Shown in pieces: positions 1-11,470 of a stretch of 64,000 bases of DNA. Source of the DNA: Octopus vulgaris (taxonomy: Eukaryota); assembly GCA_951406725.2 (NCBI GenBank), contig OX597815.1, forward strand, positions 27,342,001 to 27,406,000, written 5' to 3'. Under the pieces are notes generated by a model, which was given only the letters and a program-made list of their open reading frames with translations, was not told the DNA's origin and ran no database searches. A program made the position numbers and the translations under genes. Numbering within the stretch: position 1 is the stretch's first letter; every line of letters starts with the position of its first letter.

Positions 1-778
1 GTAGCTTGCTCTCTTGAAGACTTGGTTGTTCTGCTATAAGTTGGCTACTCTAAGGTGAAACTCTTTTCTATTTGAAGACATGTTCCAAATTTGATACCAG
101 GAAATTTATCTATCAACATACAGACCCTTATTTTGTGTTTTATTTATTTATTTATTTTGATTCTATTTTCAGTTGTAATATTGTTTGAAATTCAGCTGGA
201 TCTCCAGAAACAAGAACTATCACATCTGCGAATCGAAAGTAAGAAATTGCCAATGATTTTAATTGCCACTTCGTTTTCTTCCAGTGTAGTTTGTAAAAGA
301 ATTTAAATAAGCTATGAATCGCCTTATCGTAAAAGAGAATTTTTTTTTTTTTTGTACTCTGTTGAATGATATGGCATGACAGTTAAGGTGTTTTAAGAGA
401 TTGAATTATGCTGGTTGTAAACTATGGTTCAATATAGTTGTTATCACGGCAGATATTTCTACAGTCTAACACATTTTGGTTATGCTCAAAAGGGTACGCA
501 GAGTTAGATATTATATTTAGATTTTTCGATTAGTTGGTTTATAACATGTAGGTGGTCAGTGGCGTAACCCCCTCTCGTTTACATGAATGGTCCTCGTCCA
601 ATTGTTTAGCAATTCTATTCGTTGTATCTATAAGAATAACAGTGGTCAAGGGAAAAACCACCAGGACTGCGGCCTGCATTCTAATTGTGACAGGGTTCTC
701 GCGTATGTAATATAAAAGGCTGAAAATCTTCGATCAACTCGGATATTCCAATAAATTAGACAAATGCACCCCCCAGGG

Positions 779-2411
779 TAGTGGTTCTTAACTTTATTGG
801 AGGTACTGAACCCTGCAAGCTTCATCAGTGCATTCACCGAACCCTTTATAATTGGAAAAATAAAATATGATTTCTTCAAAACAGGTATATATTTTATTAG
901 TGTACAAAATGAGCCATGCATCAATCGCACACAAAATCACTGTATTCAAAGAACAAAACCAACAAAACAGAAACATAACTCAATGAATATTTACTAAAAA
1001 TAAATGTTACTTTGCTGTTACCTTTCAGATACAAGTTCAGAAATGTGCGGCTTCACCCTGGCAAGTTCCACTCTCATATCATTTTCGCAACAAAGTCTGT
1101 TCCTTTCCTTAGTTTTCATGTCTACCATCCTCAAAAAGGATTGCTCGCAAAGATACGTTGTAACAGATGGTGTGAGTATCTCAAGAGTTTTCTTAGCAAT
1201 AAAAGGGTATGGTACGATTTGGTGACACCAAATGATTTCATCGAGATATTCATCGTTGACAGCTACTGTCGCAACACTCAACGTGAACGGTTGTCTCATC
1301 CATGCGAGCTGGCAGAAACGTTAGCACGCCGGGCGAAATGCTTAGCGGTATTTCGTCTGCCGCTACGTTCTGAGTTCAAATTCCGCCGAGGTCGACTTTG
1401 CCTTTCATCCTTTCGGGGTCGTTTAAATAAGTACCAGTTACGCACTGGGGTTGACATAATCGACTTAATCCGTCTGTCTGTCCTTGCGTGTCTCCTCTGT
1501 GTTTAGCCCCTTGTTTGTAGTAAAGAAATAGGTTTCTCATCCATGCTGGATATGACTCTGGTGGGGATGTCTCCGTCGAGAGACATTGCGAGCTCAACTA
1601 AGTGCATGGCAATTGCTTGCTTCAGCTCCCCAAGTACAGAAATATCGCCAGTTCCAGACGTCTTCGATCTTACTTACACAATCGTCCAGCAGGGGAAAGT
1701 TTGCGAAGTTATCATTCTCTGTTCGTCGTTTCCATAAAGGTAGCTCTTTTTTTAAATGCCTTCAGGTCTTCTGCTTCGTTGCTGTTGATTCCACCGCCCT
1801 GCATCTGTCGATTGAGTTGATTTCGAGCATCGAGGATATCGGCCATGTTCGCCAAAATGAGAACGAACTCAGAATTTTCGATGCAATCTGCGTGACAATG
1901 TTGGTACTCTCACAAAAACAGGGCTAATTTCACGCATGGCAAAAACACGATTCAGCACCTTTCCTCGGGATAACCACCGAACGTTAGAATGGTACAGAAA
2001 TACCTCGAATTCAGAGCCCATTTCATTACACAGCACTTTGAAGATGCGGTGCTTCATACCACTATTTCGCACGTAGTTCACACATTCGACTACAACTTTT
2101 AATATTTCTGCCAGTTTTGGAAGCAAGGTTTTTGTTACCTGCGCATGCCTGTACAGAATACAGAGCGTACCAATGATGTGTGGTGCACCGAATTTCACCA
2201 GCGCTCCAAAACCAGAGAGTCGTCCCAGCCCGTTGTCTCTAAAACTGTTATCCACGAATTTCTTCACATCAGCTGCCTTGGTTGTTGTTGTAAGGGGCAT
2301 ACAAAATTTAAAAAATCTCCCTTTATCACATCGTCTTTCACATAGCGCACGAATACAACAAGCTAGCTTATATCGGAAACGTTTTCTACTTACATGTTCA
2401 TTCAGTAACAC
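779..2411 (-). mobile_element. Decayed hAT (Buster/Charlie, ZBED8-like) DNA transposon, 3' part, interrupted by a SINE
   Basis: ORF pieces 1869-2411 (VNYVRNSGMKHRIFKVLCNEMGSEFEVFLYHSNVRWLSRGKVLNRVF) and 1018-1299 (TTYLCEQSF..MKTKERNRL..ENDMRV) match the Buster-type transposase core and C-terminal dimerisation domain. A Charlie-like terminus TAGTGGTTCTTAAC lies at ~779. Frameshifts and deletions are present. Confidence 0.8.
1304..1533 (+). mobile_element. tRNA-derived SINE family A
   Basis: Head GCGAGCTGGCAGAAACGTTAG, B box GAGTTCAAATTCC, central GCCTTTCATCCTTTCGGGGTCG block, AAAGAAATAGG tail. TSD TCTCATCCATGC at 1294-1305 and 1535-1546. Confidence 0.9.
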
Positions 2412-2903
2412 TGTTTCCCTCTTGTCTCTAGCTGAGTTTAAAGGTTTTTTTTTAAATATTTTGTTTCTTCATCATATCCAATATTTCTTTGTTTTCCTGT
2501 AGTATTCAGCTGTTTCGTTAAGACATTTGGCAAGATTGTAATTTAAAATTTCAATGTCATAGCCTTTTTGTTTGCTTAGTTATTGCGTTGTTAAGTCAGC
2601 TGGGAGAAGATCGATTTGGCTTTTGATGTTTCTGATTGGTTTGTTCTTCAAATGGAATAGTTTCTTTCTATCTATTTGGAGTTTGTCTCTCAGCATTCTA
2701 TAATCGCTGCCTTTGATCTTGTTAATTGTTTCAATATTCCGAACAATGACTTATTTCGTTTATTATAATGTATTCTACTTCCTTGAAGGTTTCGCGATTT
2801 AAAATCCTCCAGGTCCAGTTCTAAGGTGTTTTTGCTTATTTGAATTATACACAAACATACATTCATGCATACATACGTCCATACATACAAATATACATAA
2901 ATA

Positions 2904-3140
2904 GGGTGGTGAGCTGCAGAAACGTTAGCCCTCCGGGCCAAATGCTTAGCGGTATTTTGTCTGTCTTTGCGTTTTGAGTTCAAATTCCGTCGAGGTTGAC
3001 TTTGCCTTTCATCCTTTCGGGGTCGATAAATTAAGTACCAGTTACGCACTGGGGTCGATGTAATCGACTTAATCCGTTTGTCTGTCCTTGTTTGTCCCCT
3101 CTCTATATAGCCCCTTGTGGGTAATAAACAAATAGGTATT
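2904..3140 (+). mobile_element. SINE family A
   Basis: Full-length match to the other family A copies. Confidence 0.9.
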
Positions 3141-3254
3141 TAGTAAAGAAATAAATAATTATCGCAGCAGTTGCAAGGTAAAATATAAAATTTTTTTGTC
3201 TCTCAGTAATAATTATTGTGGGATTTACCGTTAAATTAGCAAATTAAATTATTA

Positions 3255-3432
3255 TTCAGGTCACTGCTCAGAATCGAACTCGGAATCTTGGGGTTAGTAG
3301 CCCGCGCTCTTAATCACTACGCCATATGCCGAAACGTTGTGTTAACAACAAACAAGATGAGGACAAATATCCGTCAAATGTAAATAATGTAAATAATGTA
3401 CATAATTCTTCATCTCTTAAATATAGAACTGT
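3255..3432. mobile_element. Rearranged solo Penelope pLTR: tRNA-like head on the minus strand, post-hammerhead tail on the plus strand
   Basis: 3255-3330 is the reverse complement of the GGCATATGGCGTAGTG..GAGTTCGATT head. From 3328 the sequence reads GCCGAAACGTTGTGTTAACAACAAACAAGATGAGG.., the same tail as the 48004 and 50222 copies. Confidence 0.85.
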
Positions 3433-3856
3433 ATTATATGTTACAAGTTCAACTGTTTCGTCTACAAGTTCAACTGTTTCGTTCAATATAATCGATCTTA
3501 CAACATTATGTAATAATAAATGCAACTAATGATTACCTCCTACGTGACATTCAGGTTAACCTGAAAACTTTCTGTTATGTATATGTAACAACATGAACAC
3601 TATTATAATGAAATTACTAAAACACCTATCTCTTTCTCTTACTCAGTATAGACAAATATGTTTTTTAAGAAAAAACACACACATACACTCACAAATAGCT
3701 GCAACCTCAAGAGTCTCATTATTAACCTTAAGCACTGTGATGGGTAACACAGGAGACAGTAACTGTCCCGCTCTGACCAAGTCTTATACGCCCATCTCCG
3801 CGTACATTGTCTGCTCAATCAGACCTGACTTGGGGCTACACAAACACAATATCTCA

Positions 3857-4051
3857 CGACCCCGAAAGGATGAAAGGCAAAGTCGACCTCGGAAGTTCAA
3901 ATTCCGCCGAGGTCGACTTTGCCTTTCATCCTTTCGGGGTCGATAAATTAAGTACCAGTTACGCACTGGGGTCGATGTAATCGACTTAATCCATTTGTCT
4001 GTCCTTGTTTGTCCCCTCTGTGTTTAGCCCCCTGTGGGCAATAAAGAAATA
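3857..4051 (+). mobile_element. 5'-truncated SINE A with a fold-back inverted duplication
   Basis: 3857-3892 is the exact reverse complement of 3907-3942. TSD AATATCTCACG on both sides. Confidence 0.88.
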
Positions 4052-4139
4052 AATATCTCACGCACGCACACATACACGCACACATACACACACACATACA
4101 CACACACATACACACACATTCTCTCTCTCTCTCTCACTC

Positions 4140-4386
4140 ACTCTCTCTCTCTCTCTCTCTCTCCTCTCGCTCTCCCTCCGTTCCTTCCTCTCTCCGTCTT
4201 TCACCCCCCCCCCTTTTTTTTTTGTCACTCTTTCGTATTATGTATTTCATCCTGCAGTCAGTTTCAGTCCTCGGCTCTTTTCTTCTCCATATCTTAACAA
4301 TGCTACTTCAAATCTGGAACCTATAAGTCATGAATCTTAAGAACTGGAAAAAAAAATTGTTGTTGTTGCTGCTGCTGCTGCTGTGA

Positions 4387-4424
<38 letters not shown>

Positions 4425-4635
4425 CGAAACTGAATGTCATGAGGGCCGGGAGAGAAGTATCATTATTAATGTTGCTAGGCAGTTATAAACGATACGGAGA
4501 GAGAAAGGTGTCACAAAGGAAATTAGCAGAGTTTCCGCTGTATTGTTTATCACGTTGCTTCTCTGTACTTAAGAGAGGCAACTGTTTAATAGGGGTGAAA
4601 GTGTACTATTCCTTCGACGATTGATCACAGTAAGA
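4140..4635 (+). promoter_or_regulatory. Possible promoter / non-coding first exon of a host gene
   Basis: CT-rich tract, (GCT)n, (GGC)12 at 4387-4422, then non-repetitive sequence ending at a donor-like CA|GTAAGA at 4630. No downstream coding exon was identified. Confidence 0.25.
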
Positions 4636-4734
4636 TTCGGGTAGAAAATGAGGCCGGAAATACGACAAATGCTATAAAGTTTAAGTTTACCGTTTATTTT
4701 CGCCTTCTCTTTTTGACACAAATAGACATTACCT

Positions 4735-5149
4735 GAATCTTTTCGGTTTGAACGGCAGTTTTTTTTAAATAATTTCCACGTAACTAAACACTTTTAAACT
4801 TCGTATACTGGTAGAATGTGTTTATAAAACATCTTTTTCTCTTGGCTTTATTGAGAAAATTCTATAGTCTGTAAGATATTTATTGTTATTTTTCTTCAAT
4901 TTCAACCAATCAATGACGTCTATTGAGGTGAAAATATTCTGTGCCGTATGAATATGTCCCTCGTTTAAGAAACAGATTGGGTATATTTACATTTCTGAAG
5001 AAAAAAAAGATACCCTTCCCTCACCCCTAACCCTAACCTTAAACCTAAAACAGATTGAAATGCAATAGATCGATACTCGGGTCATAATTATGGGTGACAA
5101 TTTCATATGACACCGCTAGAAAAAACTGCCGTTCAAACCGAAAAGATCC
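4735..5149. mobile_element. MITE with ~29-bp GG-terminal TIRs and 8-bp TSD (Merlin-like), family M1
   Basis: TIR G(G/A)ATCTTTTCGGTTTGAACGGCAGTTTTT at both ends. TSD CATTACCT/CAATACCT. Internal CCCTAA repeats. Confidence 0.85.
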
Positions 5150-5755
5150 CAATACCTTTCAAAATTTGTAACCCAACCAGAGTTCTCGCAATAATTTTTG
5201 CTGTGAAAAAGTATCTTTTGATAGCAAACTGACTCTCATTTCAAGTTAACTGCGACATGTTTTTTTTTTTGCACACACGCACGCGCGCGCAGATACACGT
5301 GCACACACACACACACACGCGCGCGCACACACACGCACGCATACACACCAACATCAGTGCAGCAGATGCAGTTTATCTCTTCCAGCATAATAGCAAGCCA
5401 CATTGAAGCTGAAATTGGAGTTATTTTTATGATGGCCGAAAACTATATTTTCCACAGCAAAAATTATCTTAGAGCATTCCTTTCGGTTGAATAAATCCTT
5501 TTGAAGATTTCTTTCTTTCTTTCCTTTTCTTTCTTCCTTTTTTTTCTTTCTTTTTTCTATGTATCTCCTGTAATCTCATTCTAGTGTTACTAATAACAAG
5601 AAAGAAAATAAACGATTAACAAGTTTATTAAACGATCGACGTTAGAAATCTTCTGAAACGTATTGCAATCGTGTCGACTTATTCAACATGCAATGAAAGA
5701 TAGCTGAGAAAGACTTGAATAATCTAGTTTTGTGTCACTTCATATTTACGCACTG

Positions 5756-6029
5756 GGATCTTTTCGGTTTGAACGGCGTCCTTCTGAAAGTCTATCATGT
5801 AGGAATGAAATCGAATCAGAAATTCAGCATATTGGCAACTATATGCATGTGCAACACCGGATCCTTTCGGTTTGACCGGCAGTTTTTAAAAATAATTTCC
5901 AAGAATTTTCTCAATAAAGCCAAGGGAAAAAGATGTTTTATGAACATATTCTACCAGTATACGAAGTTTAAAAGTGTTTAGTTACGTGAAAATTATTTTA
6001 AAAAACTGCCGTTCAAACCGAAAAGATCC
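5756..6029. mobile_element. Shortened/rearranged M1 MITE with a third, internal TIR copy
   Basis: TIR copies at 5756, ~5859 and (inverted) ending at 6029. The right half matches the M1 subterminal sequence. Confidence 0.75.
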
Positions 6030-6445
6030 ACGTTCTCCATCGAATTGTCCCTCTCCATTTGCTCGAATAGTAAACTACAACAGTTTACCCTTGGACATTC
6101 TATCTTCGTTAGTCATTTATTTACACTTTATTTAAATTCTTGCTGTTAGTAACCAAATAGTTCTAGCCATGCGGGAGACACATATTAATACTTATCATAT
6201 GTCTTTGTTCCTTAGGAATGTCAAATCTGCAGATCTTAGAGAATCCGTTACACTCAGTTGTTCTTCTAAAATTGTTCCCTGTAGCATTCTCTAACTTCCT
6301 TTCAACTCATACATGTATAGCTACAATAGAACAGACGTGTTTAATGCATTTAACCGTGTCATCTTCACTCAGTCTTGCCTCTATGTAGCGGATACGTACA
6401 TACATACATCTGTCTGCGTGTCTATCTATCTGTCTGTCTGTCTGC

Positions 6446-6480
<35 letters not shown>

Positions 6481-6948
6481 AACACACGCATGTATACAGA
6501 CCTTGTCTAAACTAGGCTATGACTTCAAGTAAATTAATATTTCTTTGTTACACTTCCTGCCAAGTCACGTACTGAGTTATATTTATATATACATTGTATT
6601 GGGTGTGACTAAGAGCGTGCATGTATGTGTATGTGCCCATGTATGAGCGTGTGTGTGTGTATGTGTGTGTGTGTGTGCGTGCGTGCGTGCGTGTGTGTGT
6701 GTGTGCGTGTGTGTGTAACTGCATAGCTTCAAACACACAAATAATAAATATTATGAACTGTTCTTGTTCCCTTTCTCATGTATGTATGTGTGTGTGCATG
6801 TATGTATGTATGTGTGTATGTATGTATGCATGCATGTGTGTATAGATGTATGAGTGTGTGTATATATATATATAAACAATTTTTTTCCGTAATGAGATAA
6901 AAAAAAAAACCAAGACTGTGCAGATATTAGAACATTTATAAATAGAAG

Positions 6949-6997
6949 GTCTTACAGCTGTTTCTAGGATATCTATTATATCCCTTCATCGGAGAGG
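6949..6997 (-). ncRNA. Degenerate type-I hammerhead ribozyme motif
   Basis: Minus strand TCT-CCGATGA-AGGGATAT(AATAG)ATATCCTA-GAAAC-AGCT-GTA-AGA: helix I TCT/AGA, helix II GGATAT/ATATCC, palindromic helix III ACAGCTGT. U4 of the core is changed to C. Confidence 0.6.
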
Positions 6998-7117
6998 GTG
7001 TGAGAAGATGGTTAAGCAATAGTTAATTTAAGTAAGATAGAGGAATGAAAATAGATGTGAGATATGCAGGGATATCATATTTCCTTTGGGTCTCACTGAC
7101 ACTATCACCTCTCATAA

Positions 7118-7149
<32 letters not shown>

Positions 7150-7154
<5 letters not shown>

Positions 7155-7342
7155 AAAATTCACGAAAAAAAAAACAAAAGACGAAGACAGGTGGTCTAGA
7201 AAACAAACAGATGTATTAGTATAACGCTCGGGAATTGAAAAAGTCTTTTACGTTTCGAGCCTACGCTCTTCCACAAAAAGGGACACAGAAAGAAACAAGG
7301 AGAGGAAAAAAATGTGTGTAGTGGCTACCGATCTATCATGGC
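7150..7342 (-). mobile_element. Short repeat inside a (TA)n tract carrying a hammerhead-like motif (7245-7280)
   Basis: Minus strand CTTT-TTGTGGA-A-GAGC(GTAG)GCTC-GAAAC-GTA-AAAG. Helices I and II and GAAAC-GUA are present, but the CUGANGA box is non-canonical. Confidence 0.45.
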
Positions 7343-7356
7343 GAATATATATATAC

Positions 7357-7454
<98 letters not shown>

Positions 7455-7580
7455 ATGTATGTACGTATGTATGTATGTATGTATATATAGTCTGTCAAAC
7501 GCTCACGAAACCGCCCATCAATATCAATAAACGAATCTATACATTTTTAAAGTACTATAATATATTTATTTACATTTGAA

Positions 7581-7630
7581 CCTTACAGCCGATAGACTGC
7601 TTCTCCGTGTTACTACACTTTCATCAGAGG
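7581..7630 (-). ncRNA. Degenerate type-I hammerhead ribozyme motif with a full helix III
   Basis: Minus strand CCT-CTGATGA-AA-GTGT(AGTA)ACAC-GGA-GAAG-CAGTC(TATC)GGCTG-TA-AGG. Confidence 0.55.
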
Positions 7631-7727
7631 TCACAATGTTCAGACAAACATGTTTCATCTTATCTACACAGGTCGTATTTGAATATTTGAAAGCAACAAA
7701 ATAGCACACGACACATGCAAAACACTT

Positions 7728-7890
7728 TTGACACCGACCTTCGGAAATTTTAGTCGAACGAATGACCCTCAGTACTTATACTTTTTTCAAACCTGGTACT
7801 TATTCAGTCGACTTCTTTTTCGGGACGTAAACACATTAAGACCGGTTGGGACACAAACACACGCACACACACACACACGCACGCACGCAC

Positions 7891-7930
<40 letters not shown>

Positions 7931-8088
7931 ACACATACGATATGCGACGGGCTTCTTTCAGTTTCCGTCAACCAAATCCACTCAAAAGACTTTGGTCGGC
8001 CCGATGCTATAGAATAAGGCACTCGCCCAAGGCACCATACAGTGGGACTGAACCTGAAAACATGCGGCTGGGAAACAAACTACTTACC
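7728..8088 (-). mobile_element. SINE family B (diverged, with internal (CA)n)
   Basis: Matches the 57293 and 59485 copies (ACGGGCTTCTTTCAGTTTCCGTC.ACCAAATCCACTCA..GCCCAAGG..AGTGGGACTGAACC). Confidence 0.8.
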
Positions 8089-8289
8089 AGAGACAATGTT
8101 ACCTAACAGAATATCTATGGAATATTTTTTAGTATCTATTTACAGTGGAAAAGGGAAAGAAGGGTTGATATTGTAGGTGAGTGGTATATTTTAACAGAGA
8201 GTGGTAGTGTTACTTGTATGAATGAGAATCAATCTCTCTCTTGAAATAGTTTTGCGGTTAAATTAGTTTTAACCATATCTTAATACTCC

Positions 8290-8851
8290 TGTAGCGAACT
8301 CTGGTGAGCTTCCGCCCTCATAATACATACTTACGAACGTAGCAGGTACCAGTTAACCTTCGGAGCTGTTTTTGACCCCGTTGTGTCTACCACTCTGATT
8401 GGTTGGTATTGGCGCAATTTGTCTCTTACTCTATCGCACGCCAATATGCACCCCAAGCAATCACAACCTTCAAACAAGCATTTGAGCCTACCACCAGCTA
8501 TAAAAGCTCGCCTCCTACTAGTCTCAACGTCAGTTGGTTCCAGACTTTCTAAGGTCTAACCACTGACCACATTACAGCGACCTCCATCTTCGTCGCCACC
8601 ACTGAAGTCTCTCACCAACCTCGTCAACAACATTTACACAGCACCAATGCACTGCACTGGTTCTGACATATCGCTGTTCGTAAGTTTTCCTTAACAGCTA
8701 ACATACATACAACCCACGCAGACGCATATAGATATATGAATAAATGTACATCAACCACTTCCATTCAGCTTGTGCATATATACGTTTGATAACAATGAAC
8801 GTATTTAAAGTTATCACTTTTGCTCCATGTATTTCTTTACCGGGTTACTAC
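8290..8851 (+). mobile_element. Putative solo LTR
   Basis: Begins TGTAGCG, contains GATTGGTTGG, TATAAAAG and AATAAA, and ends GGGTTACTAC. No clear TSD. Confidence 0.4.
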
Positions 8852-8949
8852 CAAACAAGATTACAAACTTCTGAGCGGAGTCACATTAGATGGAAAACCA
8901 CCTAACCATCTAAACTCCTAAATTTTATTACCGTTTACAAAATGCATTG

Positions 8950-9025
<76 letters not shown>

Positions 9026-9050
9026 ATAATAATAATAATAATAATAATAA

Positions 9051-10325
9051 CTTTCTAACTGACATAGAAAGGCTATACATACAACGTATAGAGGTGGTAG
9101 AGGCCTTATACAACTGGAAAACTATTATGAAATAACCACCATAGGACTGCAAAAATATCTACTTCAGAAGCAAGGAAAACTGATACAAATATCGGCAAAA
9201 CACGAGCAAAATAAAAAAAAACTGTTCTCAGTATTTAAGGAAGCTGACAAATACAAACAAGAAATCATACCACCTAACAAATATGAAGAAGAAGAAGAAG
9301 AAGAAGAAGAAGAAGAAGAAGAAGAAGAAGAAGAAGAAGAAGAAGAAGAAGAAGAAGAAGAAGAAGAAGAAGAAGAAGAAGAAGAAGAAGAAGAAGAAAC
9401 ACAAGCTATAAAACAAATGAAATCCAAACTAAAACTAGAACAGCAACGGACAATGATAAAACGATGGCAAGAAGAGCCCCTTCATGGCAAATACTGGACT
9501 AAACTAAATGCAAAAGAAATAGACAAAGAAAAATCCCAGCAATGGTTGAGAAGCTCAGGACTCAAAGCAGAGACAGAGGGATTTTTAATTGCAGCACAAG
9601 ACCAAAGCCTCCCACCAGAAATTACCAAAACATATAAGGAAAAGAAATATAACAAGTAACTACAGAATATGTGGAGATGGACAAGAAACAATAAATCATA
9701 TTATCTCTGGCTGCCCAGTTCTGGCTAAGAAGGAATATATTCACAGACACGACAGAGTTGGGACCTACATACACTGGAAGCTATGCCAACATTATGGAAT
9801 AACAACAGAAAAAAGATGGTGTAGGCACACGCCAGAAAAGGTAAGAAAAACGAGAAAGCAGCCATACTCTGGGATATTCCAATACACACAGATAGAGAAA
9901 TTAAGGCCAAAAGGCCAGATATAGTTGTCAGAGATCATGAAGAAAAAATGCTTTCTAATTGATGTATCAATACCAGCAGATGACAACGTCTCTGTAAAAG
10001 AAATGGAGAAACTTTCAAAATACAAAGACCTGGAAATAGAGATAACTCGAATGTGGAATCTAAAAACAGAAACAATTCCTATCATAACAGGTGTATTAGG
10101 CATGATAAAAAAATATTCAGACAAATACATAACAAAAACACCAGGACTTTACAAACACATATAACATACAGAAAATTGCACTACTAGGCACTGCACACAG
10201 TCTACGCAAAACACTTTCAATACAGTAACCATCAGAGCATCACAACAAATCACAGCACATACCTAAGGTACACAGAGCTACGCTAGGTAGTGACGTGAAA
10301 GTACGCTATAAAAATAAAACTACTG
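9051..10325 (+). mobile_element. R4/Dong-clade non-LTR retrotransposon, 3' fragment (family D1), inserted in (TAA)n
   Basis: DIERLYI..GGRG, LHGKY, ETEGFLIAAQDQ, zinc-knuckle remnant (YRICG..ETINHIISGC), RHDRV and RPD..IDVSIP restriction-like endonuclease. Frameshifted. Flanked by TAA repeats. Confidence 0.88.
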
Positions 10326-10338
10326 AATAATAATAATA

Positions 10339-10783
10339 AATGCTCTCAAGCAATACCAGGAAATGGCTCTCATGGCTTCTGATCTTAAGTGTTGGAAGTG
10401 TTATCATGTACAGTGTTTTGTCTTGGTATAAAAGATGGGCTACAGTAAATATTCTGCTCAATACCACAGATTTGCTTGTAAGTTGTTTGACTTTAACCAG
10501 TTGAGCATGTCCCTTGATGGCTGACGATATGTCCATATCTGATCACGAGCAGAAGTAGTGGGGAAGCATCATAGCCATGTACTGAGAGGAATTCTTTGAG
10601 ATTTGAATAATTCACCTCTGGAAACATGGGTGTTTCGCTCATCATCCTTAAACAAACCTTATTCAGGCACCTTTTGAGAGGGATAGGCTACTCGGCCTGA
10701 GAAAAATTCTAACTGGGCCCCACCTGCAAGGTCATGCGCTGTTTATCTTGATATAAGATCACACTGTCGTGCACATGTGATTG
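10339..10783 (+). mobile_element. Unclassified non-coding repeat X directly after a (TAA)n tract
   Basis: Clearly homologous to 13292-13761. No ORF and no tRNA boxes seen. Confidence 0.75.
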
Positions 10784-11149
10784 TACAACAGAACAACTAA
10801 ACAAAAGATTTAATAGGTATAGGTATGACGTCAGACACAATAACAGTAATTCGGCAGAGATTGCTGAATATTTTGCTTCAAACGGCTGCAATTTTGAAAA
10901 AAACCTGAAAGCGCATATTCTTAGAAAATATTCTTAATCTACTTCACTTCCACTTCTCAAAATGCACGAGGAGAAATATGTCTGCGGGTCCTTAACATTA
11001 CGCCCCGGAGGAATGAATAAAATGACGGGAGAATTTCATCAAATTTACACAAAACTGATTAAATATTCTCCTTTTTTCTTTCCTCTTTTTTTTCTATCTT
11101 TTTTTCTGTCTTCTTCTTTTCGCCTATAATAAAATTGAAACTTAAAGAC

Positions 11150-11193
<44 letters not shown>

Positions 11194-11199
11194 GTGATG

Positions 11200-11470
11200 A
11201 TATAGACGAGTTAGATTAATGCTGAAAACAGAGATCAATGCGAAAAACAAGATAATAGGTACCAACACTCTAGCCCTCCTAGTTATAAGTTACAGCTACA
11301 ATATTATTAACTGGACTCTAAATGAACTAATAAAAAAAAAAGGGAAAATATGAAAAATAATGACAGGATTTAGGATGCACCACCAAAAATCTGACATAGA
11401 AAGGCTATATATACAACGTATCAAAGGTGGTAGAGGCGTTATACAGCTAGAGGCGTTATACAGCTGGAGT
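11200..11470 (+). mobile_element. R4/Dong family D1 internal fragment (post-RT region)
   Basis: Translates YRRVRLMLKTEINAKNKI..SDIERLYIQRIKGGRGVIQL and overlaps in sequence with the start of the 9051 copy. Confidence 0.75.

Noticed and set aside
1018-2411. Domesticated ZBED8/Buster host gene
   Set aside because: It is frameshifted, internally deleted, SINE-interrupted and retains a TIR, so it is a dead transposon.
2690-3049. Recurrent ORF MRNWYLIYRPRKDERQSQPRRNLNS
   Set aside because: It is the antisense translation of SINE A.
5024-5048. Interstitial telomere
   Set aside because: Only a few CCCTAA units, lying inside a MITE.
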